A stretch of DNA of 64,000 nt, taken from the IMG/VR virus record IMGVR_UViG_3300002026_000014, positions 1 through 64,000 of that record; one strand, 5' to 3'. The translations under genes and the position numbers were made by a program. Source of the DNA: a virus (Duplodnaviria > Caudoviricetes). Positions 19,858-27,916 of this stretch are shown here, piece by piece (the stretch's first letter is position 1; every line of letters begins with the position of its first letter). The notes under the pieces were generated by a model, which saw nothing but the letters and a program-made list of their open reading frames with translations, searched no databases and was not told where the DNA came from.

Positions 19858-19878
19858 ATGTTGTATAAAATAATAACT

Positions 19879-20415
19879 TTACGTTAGATTTGTTCCTGAA
19901 ATAATCCACTCAGTGGCTGTTATTTTAAGAGCAGTAGCTACACCGTTTGCAGCGAGCGTACGATTACCAGCAGTGCCAGCGCCTGCTAAACGCATAGTGT
20001 CAGAAGTGATTGCAATGGTGATAGCACCAGCAGCGTTGTGATTGACAAAAGTCAAAGCGGTACCGATTTCATAAGCAACAGCTGAATTCGCTGGGATCGT
20101 ATAAGTACGAGCAGTGGTGTCGGCTGATGGATGCAGAACATGTTTTCCTGCATCTGCTAATACACATGTATAGTCTGCTGATTTTGAATTTTGTGGAATA
20201 TTGTTAGTTCCACAATTTGCGATGTCAGCGGTAGTTAAAGTTACATTGCCGCTACGACCGGCGACCGATTGCACAGATGAAGTCAATAGATTGTTTATAT
20301 CGGCATCTATAGCAACCAATGCAGATTTAACTGCAGTGATGTCTTGAATGCGCTTATCGCTTGTGGTGCAACCGGGTAACTGAAACCCGCGATGTGCTGA
20401 ATTACTAGTTGGCAT
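19879..20415 (-). CDS. Short fibre/adaptor protein
   Basis: N-terminal RIQDITAVKSALVAIDA shared with the long fibre; SVQSVAGRSGNVTLT fibre repeat; C-terminal YTCVLADAGK..TIPANSAVAYEIGT..EWIISG module. Confidence 0.65.
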   Translation of the reverse strand: MPTSNSAHRGFQLPGCTTSDKRIQDITAVKSALVAIDADINNLLTSSVQSVAGRSGNVTLTTADIANCGTNNIPQNSKSADYTCVLADAGKHVLHPSADTTARTYTIPANSAVAYEIGTALTFVNHNAAGAITIAITSDTMRLAGAGTAGNRTLAANGVATALKITATEWIISGTNLT

Positions 20416-20470
20416 TTTAAAATCCTTAAAATATTGATTATTTTTTAACTAAACTAATAGTGATATGACA

Positions 20471-20502
20471 TAAAAATCCCTATTTCACAATAGGGATTTT
20501 TA
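20471..20502. terminator. 14-bp stem hairpin with TATG at its minus-strand end
   Basis: taaaaatccctatt-tcac-aatagggattttta; cata at 20469-20472. Confidence 0.75.
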
Positions 20503-20511
20503 TATTAATGT

Positions 20512-20640
20512 TTAGCGAAAATTACCTGCTATACGTGCTTGCAATTCAGCAGCAGCTTTCATTGCAGCAGCCATAGCTGCAAACGTTGCAAACATATCAC
20601 TTTGCGATTTAAGAATCGCGTCGATTTGCTCTTGTGTCAT
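20512..20640 (-). CDS. Unannotated 42-aa Ala-rich helical protein
   Basis: GGAG 8 nt before ATG; MTQEQIDAILKSQSDMFATFAAMAAAMKAAAELQARIAGNFR*; flanked by two inverted repeats. Confidence 0.7.
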   Translation of the reverse strand: MTQEQIDAILKSQSDMFATFAAMAAAMKAAAELQARIAGNFR

Positions 20641-20667
20641 TTTAAATACTCCATAAAAAAAGAAATG

Positions 20668-20699
20668 TCACACTCAGATTAATATTAATCTGAGTGTGA
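20668..20699. repeat. 32-bp perfect palindrome, no loop
   Basis: tcacactcagattaat|attaatctgagtgtga. Confidence 0.95.
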
Positions 20700-20722
20700 T
20701 ATCGAGGTTAGCTAATTACTAT

Positions 20723-20810
20723 TTAAGGCCAAGTTGCGTTAGCATCAGCCCAAACAATATCAGCGTCACCCCAAACTGCACCTAAACCAGAGGCTACACC
20801 ATCAACGAAA
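20723..20810 (-). other. Putative +1 programmed frameshift site (TTT_CGT_TGA) and 27-aa extension
   Basis: +1 frame reads F-VDGVASGLGAVWGDADIVWADANATWP* with Trp every 7 residues; that frame is closed by TGA just upstream and has no ATG/GTG/TTG. Confidence 0.6.
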
Positions 20811-21896
20811 ATAGCTCACTTTAACGCGGTCACCAGATAATGGTGCAGCAGCTAAAGTGATGTCCTTTCCAGAGATTGTATAGTCGTTTGAAGCACCTGG
20901 CTCAAGCATTAAACCGTTTAGGAAAACGGATTCGCTGCCAACGTAAGGTGTGTTAGCTAAAACAAACAGTGCATTAGTACCGTCGATAGAACCAACGGGT
21001 GTTTCACGAACAACTAGTTTGTCGTAGGTGAGACCGCTGCTAACTGCGCCTTCCAGAACAACCAAACGGGTGTCAAGTGCTGTATCAGCATCTGCGCGAG
21101 CAGTAGCTTCAGCAGTGATGGCAACACCACGTGCAGTGACTTCGGCAGAAATAGCAGCAGTATGTACAGCATCAGCATTCGTACGCGCTAGAGCTTCAGC
21201 GTCAATGTTTGATTGCAGTGTCGTGTCAGCAGTAGCACGAGTTGTAGCTTCAGCAGAAACGGCAGTGGTACGAGCAGAAGCTTCAGCGGCGATTGCATCA
21301 GACAGAGCAGTGTCTGAATTGGTACGTGCAGTAACTTCATTAGCCAATGCAGTTGCAGCGCTTGTGTCAGCAGTGGTACGAGTCAAGACTTCAGCAGCTA
21401 GTGCGGCATCTTGAGCGTTATCTTTAACCAATTGAGCAGCAACAGCAGCAGCCAAGTCAGCAGCAGCAGTAGCGCCACCAGCAGCAACCAGGTCAGCAAT
21501 GTCAGCAGCCAGAGCAGCATCACCAGCGATACGTGCATCAGCTTCGGTCTTCAGAGCAGCATCAAGAGCTAGAACAGCAGCTTTGATAGAAGCAGAAGCG
21601 CCTAGATAGTTAGTAGTACCGGGAACGAAAGAGCCGTCAGCTTCCAGGCCAGCACCAGAGCGAGTCTGATTGACCATAGTGGTGATAGCACCTTGGAGGG
21701 TGGTATCTGCGCCTTGGAATGCAGTCGTCAGTGCTTCAACAGCAGCCATACGTTCTGCATCAGTAGACATCGTGTTAAAGATGCTAGTGATATTTGACTC
21801 AATTGCAGCCAATGATGCTTCGAAAGCTGCATCAATACGGTCCCGTGGGATCGTGGCTAAACGGATCTGCAAACCGCGAATAGAGGTAGAACTCAT
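20802..21896 (-). CDS. Ala-rich coiled-coil virion fibre with C-terminal beta module
   Basis: Repeats AEATTRATADT/AEADARIAGD; C-terminal TPVGSIDGTNALFVL...VFLNGL...DYTISG; visibly GC-richer than flanks. Confidence 0.75.
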   Translation of the reverse strand: MSSTSIRGLQIRLATIPRDRIDAAFEASLAAIESNITSIFNTMSTDAERMAAVEALTTAFQGADTTLQGAITTMVNQTRSGAGLEADGSFVPGTTNYLGASASIKAAVLALDAALKTEADARIAGDAALAADIADLVAAGGATAAADLAAAVAAQLVKDNAQDAALAAEVLTRTTADTSAATALANEVTARTNSDTALSDAIAAEASARTTAVSAEATTRATADTTLQSNIDAEALARTNADAVHTAAISAEVTARGVAITAEATARADADTALDTRLVVLEGAVSSGLTYDKLVVRETPVGSIDGTNALFVLANTPYVGSESVFLNGLMLEPGASNDYTISGKDITLAAAPLSGDRVKVSYFR

Positions 21897-22005
21897 TTTA
21901 TAAATTTCCTATAAAAACAAACACAAAAACATACTTAAAAATGGAATTATTTAAAAGTACGCAACCGATTAATTTGGTATAAACACAAATTGATGTTGTA
22001 TTATA

Positions 22006-22698
22006 TCAAACAGTGTAACTCACCACCATATTATCTGTCATATCCAAAACCAAAGAATTATTAGTCCAGTTTAAAACATTGTTGTTTATTGTGTAATCAT
22101 GAATTTCTCCATAAGCATACGTTAAACCATTGACTGTTAAAATTGAATTCTCTTTGTCTAATGGCATATGATTCAGATTAAAAACCATTTGTCCATTTTC
22201 AGTCACTGGAAGTTGAGTAGTGATTTTACTGGCAGCTACCGGTAAACCATTACTCAACTTATCCATAATATTTATAATGTCGTTTAGCATCGCTGCTAAA
22301 GTACTACCACTATAAACGTCAGGGTAGACATTATCTACTGCTGGTATTGCTAATTTTAAATTTGGTGTGGTTTGAGACACCAAACAAAATGTACTGTTAG
22401 TAGGTAAATCTATTTCCTCTTCCAAACTATCCCAAAGAATAGTGCCAGATATCCTCACAGTATCTATGTATTCTAAACTCGTAAATACATATCTGTTTGT
22501 AACACCTACCACACCCATGAATGTGTTTTTATCTGTGGCGGGTACATATATAACAAACCCTAAGGCAATGTCGTAAGCACCATTACCTGTAAAATCTGTT
22601 TGATTATTGAAGAGAGCATTCTCGAATGTATATTCACCAGGGTTTCCCGTAGGCGTAAATGAATCTACATAAAGAGCGCCATTTACAATTCTGGCCAT
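22006..22698 (-). CDS. Putative virion protein with C-terminal beta module
   Basis: C-terminal GQMVFNL...LTVNGL.YAYG..HDYTI...MVVSYTV. Confidence 0.55.
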   Translation of the reverse strand: MARIVNGALYVDSFTPTGNPGEYTFENALFNNQTDFTGNGAYDIALGFVIYVPATDKNTFMGVVGVTNRYVFTSLEYIDTVRISGTILWDSLEEEIDLPTNSTFCLVSQTTPNLKLAIPAVDNVYPDVYSGSTLAAMLNDIINIMDKLSNGLPVAASKITTQLPVTENGQMVFNLNHMPLDKENSILTVNGLTYAYGEIHDYTINNNVLNWTNNSLVLDMTDNMVVSYTV

Positions 22699-22713
22699 TG
22701 GAATTTCCTTTTG

Positions 22714-25700
22714 TTAGAATTGCAACATCATAATAATACCTGTAGTAGCCGCTGGTAATATATTAAATTGGAAAGTTGAATAACCCGCTCCAGCATTATT
22801 CATGTATAATGTATTACCAACCATTGCTAATGTATCGGAATCTTGTCTTACTTGTTGCAGTGGTAAATAAACAGTATCATTACTAATGTTATCACCACCA
22901 CCATTAATACTAGATGCAGGCACAGTAATTACATACGTGGTACCTGTTCTAACATTTGCTTTCAAGTGAATTCTCATTGATAACAATGTTAAATCACAAT
23001 TAGCTGGCGCTGATAATACACCTGATCCTATATTTACCGTAGTTGAATTATGCGCATATGTGAAACCATTAAGATAAGCACATTCTGCACCACTAGTGCC
23101 ACCGGTATCAACGCAATTTACACTGTAAGTATCGGTCGTCACATTAATGATAAGTGCTGATAAATAATTCGTATTTGTATTTCTAACAATGACCCTATTT
23201 CCTACAACTCTTCCATGTCCAGGATGAGTAATTGTTAAAACTGTACCAGTTCTACTCCAAGCTAAATTAGCAAATACAGTCGAAGAAGAAACTACCCATA
23301 CTGCTAACCCTGGAGTTGGTTCTGCTAAATATCTTGCTGTATTGTTGTATAAACTCATGTTAGTGACAGTACCGCCACCGGTTCCAGGTATACCTTGTAT
23401 ACCCTGAATACCTTGTGGACCTGCTGGGCCAGTTAAACCAATAGGGCCTTGAGGACCTGGTACGTTGCTAACACCATCAGCTCCTGCTGGACCTGCTGGA
23501 CCTTGAGGTCCTATTGCACCATCGGTACCTGCAGGACCCTGAGGTCCGGGTACTGTACTATCAGCACCAGTGGCACCAGTAGGGCCTGCTGGACCAGTTA
23601 AACCAATAGGGCCCTGTGGTCCTGGTACGTTGCTAACACCATCAGCACCAGTTAAACCTTGAGGTCCTTGTATACCTTGGGGTCCAGCTGGACCAGTAGC
23701 ACCATCTGCACCAGCAGGACCTTGAGGACCAGCAGGACCAACTTCACCTTGAGGACCAGCAGGACCAGTTAGACCTTGAATACCTTGCGGTCCTGCTACT
23801 GTACTATCTGCACCTGCAGGACCTGTTAAACCAATAGGTCCTTGTGGACCTTCAGCACCCGCAGGTCCAGTAAGACCTGTATCGCCTTTAGGACCTGTGG
23901 CACCCATATCACCTGTAACACCTGCAGGACCCTGCAAACCTTGAGGACCTGTTAAACCTGGACTACCATCTGCTCCAGCAGGACCTTGAATACCCTGTGG
24001 GCCAGTGAGTCCCGTATCGCCCTTAGGTCCTTGCACGCCAGGTGTACCTTGCACGCCATCTGCTCCAGCAGCACCAGCATTACCTTGAGGACCTGTCAAA
24101 CCTTGTACACCTTGAGGACCTTGTGAACCTGTATTACCAGTTAAGCCTTGAATACCTTGTGGACCTTGAGGTCCTGGTACTGTTGATTCTGGACCTGTTA
24201 AACCAGTTGCACCTGTTAAACCCTGAGGGCCTTGATCACCAGTATCGCCTTTAGGACCTTGTGGACCAACTGAACCTTGTAGGCCTTGAGGACCTTCAAT
24301 GCCTTGAATACCTTGAGGACCTTGTGGGCCTGCTGGACCTGGTATATCACTAACACCATCAGCACCAGCTAAACCTTGAGGTCCTTGAATGCCTTGTGGA
24401 CCTGCTGGACCTTGTGGTCCCATTGGACCTTCTACAGTACTATCAGCACCTGTTAAGCCTTGAATACCTTGAGGACCTTCAGGTCCTGGTAACCCTTGAG
24501 GACCCATAGGTCCTGCTACTGTACTATCTGCACCTGCGGGTCCTTGGATACCTTGTAACCCTTGTGGACCAGTTGGTCCGGCTACTGTACTATCTGCGCC
24601 AGCTGGACCTTGAGGACCTGCAGGTCCCTCTGGACCTATTGCTCCATCAGCGCCAGCTGGACCTGTAAGTCCTTGAATGCCTTGTGGACCTGCTGGTCCC
24701 GCAGGACCCATCAATCCCTCTGGACCTTGAGGACCTACTGGTCCCGGTGAGCCAGCAACACCATCAGCGCCAGCAGGACCTACTGGACCTGTAGCACCTT
24801 GTGGACCCGGTGGTCCGTCAGCGCCAGCTACACCTGCATAACCTGTTAAACCTTGGATACCTTGAGGGCCAGAAGCACCTATTGCGCCAGCAGGTCCGGG
24901 AACTGTTGAATCAGCGCCAGTGGCACCAGTAGGACCTGCTGGACCCATGGGTCCCATAGGACCCGTTAAACCTTGAGGACCGGCTACAGTGCTATCTGCA
25001 CCTTGAGGACCCTGGGGACCAGCTGGACCAACAGGTCCTTGTATACCTTCAGGTCCATCTATACCTTGGTCACCTTTAGGTCCCACTGGACCCATTAATC
25101 CTTCAGGACCTTGAGGACCTGTTAAGCCTTGTGGACCAGCTACTGTGCTATCTGCACCTGCTGGTCCCTGAGGACCTTCTGGACCGGTGAGGCCTTGAGA
25201 TCCAGTATCGCCTTTAAGTCCTTGTGGTCCGATTGGACCTTGAGGACCAGCAGGACCATTTGCGCCAGCTGGACCTGGGGATCCAGTTAAGCCTTGAGGA
25301 CCTTGAGGACCTGTAGGTCCAGTATTACCTGTCAGGCCAGGAATACCTTGAGGTCCGGGTACTGTACTAGCGGCGCCAGTGGCACCAACAGGTCCAGTTA
25401 AACCAATAGGACCTTGATTACCTTGAGCGCCTTGAGCACCAGTTAAACCAGTGTCTCCTTTTAAACCTACATTACCTTGAGGACCTGCAGGACCCATAGG
25501 GCCAACAGGACCAACAGGACCCATCGGTCCAACTTCACCTTGAGGACCGTCGGCGCCAGTTAAACCAGTGTTACCTTGAATACCTTGTAAACCTTGGATA
25601 CCACGAGGACCTTGAGGGCCTATGCCAGTAATAGAAGATCCGATAGCTGGCATCTCTACCCATTGGCTAGGCTGGAATTGATCTGTAGTTAGGAATGGTA

Positions 25701-26019
25701 CTGAAGCTGGATCTGCTCTATAAGGAATGTCTTCATAGAAGACGGTAAATAGATCATCATTGACCTGTAAATCTTTTTCGAAGTATACGGGTACGTTATA
25801 ACCAGTAGGTTTAATACCAGAAGCTACTGATACTAAATTCATAAAGTCATAAACCGTCATCACCTGTCCACCTGGACCGCCTAAGGTGTGACCAATGGCT
25901 TTACTACCTACTGGGCTATCTAATTGGATTTCTTTTACTGACAGACCGTCTGAGAAATCTATTGGTAATCTATCCTTTGCTCTAAAAATAACTGGGGTTG
26001 TATCGATTGGTTTTTTCAT
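22714..26019 (-). CDS. Collagen-like fibre protein
   Basis: (Gly-X-Y)n from 25620 to ~23380 (~750 aa) with periodic interruptions; globular N- and C-termini (ITHPGHG..VGNRVIV). Confidence 0.93.
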   Translation of the reverse strand: MKKPIDTTPVIFRAKDRLPIDFSDGLSVKEIQLDSPVGSKAIGHTLGGPGGQVMTVYDFMNLVSVASGIKPTGYNVPVYFEKDLQVNDDLFTVFYEDIPYRADPASVPFLTTDQFQPSQWVEMPAIGSSITGIGPQGPRGIQGLQGIQGNTGLTGADGPQGEVGPMGPVGPVGPMGPAGPQGNVGLKGDTGLTGAQGAQGNQGPIGLTGPVGATGAASTVPGPQGIPGLTGNTGPTGPQGPQGLTGSPGPAGANGPAGPQGPIGPQGLKGDTGSQGLTGPEGPQGPAGADSTVAGPQGLTGPQGPEGLMGPVGPKGDQGIDGPEGIQGPVGPAGPQGPQGADSTVAGPQGLTGPMGPMGPAGPTGATGADSTVPGPAGAIGASGPQGIQGLTGYAGVAGADGPPGPQGATGPVGPAGADGVAGSPGPVGPQGPEGLMGPAGPAGPQGIQGLTGPAGADGAIGPEGPAGPQGPAGADSTVAGPTGPQGLQGIQGPAGADSTVAGPMGPQGLPGPEGPQGIQGLTGADSTVEGPMGPQGPAGPQGIQGPQGLAGADGVSDIPGPAGPQGPQGIQGIEGPQGLQGSVGPQGPKGDTGDQGPQGLTGATGLTGPESTVPGPQGPQGIQGLTGNTGSQGPQGVQGLTGPQGNAGAAGADGVQGTPGVQGPKGDTGLTGPQGIQGPAGADGSPGLTGPQGLQGPAGVTGDMGATGPKGDTGLTGPAGAEGPQGPIGLTGPAGADSTVAGPQGIQGLTGPAGPQGEVGPAGPQGPAGADGATGPAGPQGIQGPQGLTGADGVSNVPGPQGPIGLTGPAGPTGATGADSTVPGPQGPAGTDGAIGPQGPAGPAGADGVSNVPGPQGPIGLTGPAGPQGIQGIQGIPGTGGGTVTNMSLYNNTARYLAEPTPGLAVWVVSSSTVFANLAWSRTGTVLTITHPGHGRVVGNRVIVRNTNTNYLSALIINVTTDTYSVNCVDTGGTSGAECAYLNGFTYAHNSTTVNIGSGVLSAPANCDLTLLSMRIHLKANVRTGTTYVITVPASSINGGGDNISNDTVYLPLQQVRQDSDTLAMVGNTLYMNNAGAGYSTFQFNILPAATTGIIMMLQF

Positions 26020-26068
26020 TAATTTCTCCTAGATTCAAAGTATGTATTAAGTAGTTAAATTTTTCGAC

Positions 26069-26110
26069 ATAAATGGTACAATAGATCATTACGACCTATT
26101 GTACCGTTAT
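26069..26110. terminator. Imperfect hairpin with TATG at its minus-strand end, upstream of the collagen gene
   Basis: ggtacaatag...ctattgtacc core; cata at 26068-26071. Confidence 0.55.
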
Positions 26111-26188
26111 GATTATTTCATCATTTTTTAAATGATGATTGCTCAAATCAATTCAGTAAATAATCGTTATTTACTTCACATATGATAT

Positions 26189-27901
26189 TCAAACATATTG
26201 CCCGGTATTATCTATAAAATATAAAGGAATACCTGCTACTGCTAATTGCAAATCATTTGTCGATGTTCTAATAAAGAATTGTACGAACAAAGTAGAGTTA
26301 TTTGTAAATGTTCCATCTAGTAATAAATCTTTATTCCAACTACTCATTGGAAATTCTTTATAAGCACCATTCACAATTAATGAAAAATGTGTTGGCATTG
26401 GAGGAAGTTCATCATGATAACTATCCAGTAAAGGAAGTGTCTTGTAATAAAGTTTCTCAAGCCAGACATCGAAAGTTGGTATAGCACTATCTATTCTTAA
26501 CAACCAGTCATTTGTGTTTCTAAATAATGCTTTAGCGTATACACCTAAACCGTATTTAGGTACTTGGTCAGGAGAGTAGCCTACGCACCAATTATCTAAT
26601 CTTTCAGTACCTTGTTTATTTAAAACAATATCGATTGTTTGAACGTGTATGTAGTTCTTGTATGAAGCATCTGCGTTTCTGATATTCAAAGACACATTGA
26701 GCTTTTGTACAGTACCATATTTAATTGGGTTAAAAGACCCGTAAATTGGATTAATGGTTACATACGGTGTTACGTTGTATCTAATATTTCTATTAAGATT
26801 ATACATAAACCATTCTAACGCATAACCGTTTACAGAATCTACCCAAACAGGGTAACCAAACAATTTAATATTGTAACTGCCATCAGCCATCAATGTATAA
26901 GCTTCGTATGTTTCAGATATATGTTTTTCACTACCGACAGTGGATACATAATTATACTCAGTGGGACCTAGTGAGTATTTTAATACCACTTTAATTTTCT
27001 GATCAGGTAAAGTAGCCACATATTGGTCAAAACCGAATATTGAAAACTTACTACCATCTACCGGATATTCTACCACTTCACCGTTACTATAATTCACAAC
27101 ACCTATTAAGTTTAAGCCGTTGAGCGGTACGTTAATAGGGTAGGCTATGACTTTGTAATTGTTAGGACTAATGAATGGCGATTTAAGTGAGATACCAATA
27201 ATGTATTTTGCTGCAGCATCTACTGCTCTAATGAAAGATGTGTTCTCTACCAATAGCTGTCTTTTAGATACCACGAATCCAGCATCGTCATAGAAGACAG
27301 CAGTCACTAATTCACCGTCTAAAAGATCGACGTTGGTGTAGCATGGTGTCACAATTTTAATTGTCTTGTTATCTAGCAAATGATTAGCTGCAAGTTCTAA
27401 TGGAATATTCTCACTTAAAAGATTTCCACTTGAGTCATACATGCGGCTAATCACATTGCCACTGTCCGATAACAAAGCGCCTTTAAATATTTTAGCCCAT
27501 CTACACATGGTGCCGGCCACCATCAACCTATGGTCCACATCTAAGCGATAAGGTATGACAGATTTATCTATGTATACACGATAAGTGTCGCTTTGTGTTC
27601 CAGGTCCTACACCATACAAAATATCATCGTTAGTGAGATTGTTAGTAGGGTTAACTACATCTTCTTCACGGAATTTAGGAATTAATGTTGTTAAACTAAT
27701 GTCTTCCACAATGTATTTTGTTATCTTGGTTCCAATAATCTCAAATACAACGTCATTTATTTTTGGAACATATTTATTTGAAGCTACATCACCTAAATAT
27801 ATTTCATCCATATTCCATATTTGCCAGCGTCTATCTGCGTTATAAATAGGCGATACATTATCCGTGCCGATAACTCCGCCTGTACTAATTGGATTTGGCA
27901 T
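26189..27901 (-). CDS. Conserved phiKZ-like virion structural protein (gp26-like)
   Basis: Position in the terL / gp26-28 / sheath / tube order; WNMDEIY..KYVPKIND motif. Confidence 0.65.
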   Translation of the reverse strand: MPNPISTGGVIGTDNVSPIYNADRRWQIWNMDEIYLGDVASNKYVPKINDVVFEIIGTKITKYIVEDISLTTLIPKFREEDVVNPTNNLTNDDILYGVGPGTQSDTYRVYIDKSVIPYRLDVDHRLMVAGTMCRWAKIFKGALLSDSGNVISRMYDSSGNLLSENIPLELAANHLLDNKTIKIVTPCYTNVDLLDGELVTAVFYDDAGFVVSKRQLLVENTSFIRAVDAAAKYIIGISLKSPFISPNNYKVIAYPINVPLNGLNLIGVVNYSNGEVVEYPVDGSKFSIFGFDQYVATLPDQKIKVVLKYSLGPTEYNYVSTVGSEKHISETYEAYTLMADGSYNIKLFGYPVWVDSVNGYALEWFMYNLNRNIRYNVTPYVTINPIYGSFNPIKYGTVQKLNVSLNIRNADASYKNYIHVQTIDIVLNKQGTERLDNWCVGYSPDQVPKYGLGVYAKALFRNTNDWLLRIDSAIPTFDVWLEKLYYKTLPLLDSYHDELPPMPTHFSLIVNGAYKEFPMSSWNKDLLLDGTFTNNSTLFVQFFIRTSTNDLQLAVAGIPLYFIDNTGQYV

Positions 27902-27916
27902 ATTTTTTCCTTAATT

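Noticed and set aside
20500-20520. Second +1 frameshift at TTT_CGC_TAA of the 42-aa gene
   Set aside because: The +1 frame adds only AKH*; probably coincidental, noted only as a parallel
20766-20804. TGA read-through or TGATG re-initiation after 20802..21896
   Set aside because: Read-through gives WCSLWFRCSLG* and re-initiation gives MV*; neither looks protein-like, unlike the +1 frame
21028-21903. Plus-strand ORFs 21028..21414 and 21670..21903
   Set aside because: Antisense shadows of the Ala-rich gene; GCN/GCT codon bias leaves the opposite frame stop-poor
23380-25620. GC-rich ggacc/ggtcc DNA repeats as a mobile or non-coding element
   Set aside because: Fully explained by Gly-Pro codons of the collagen ORF
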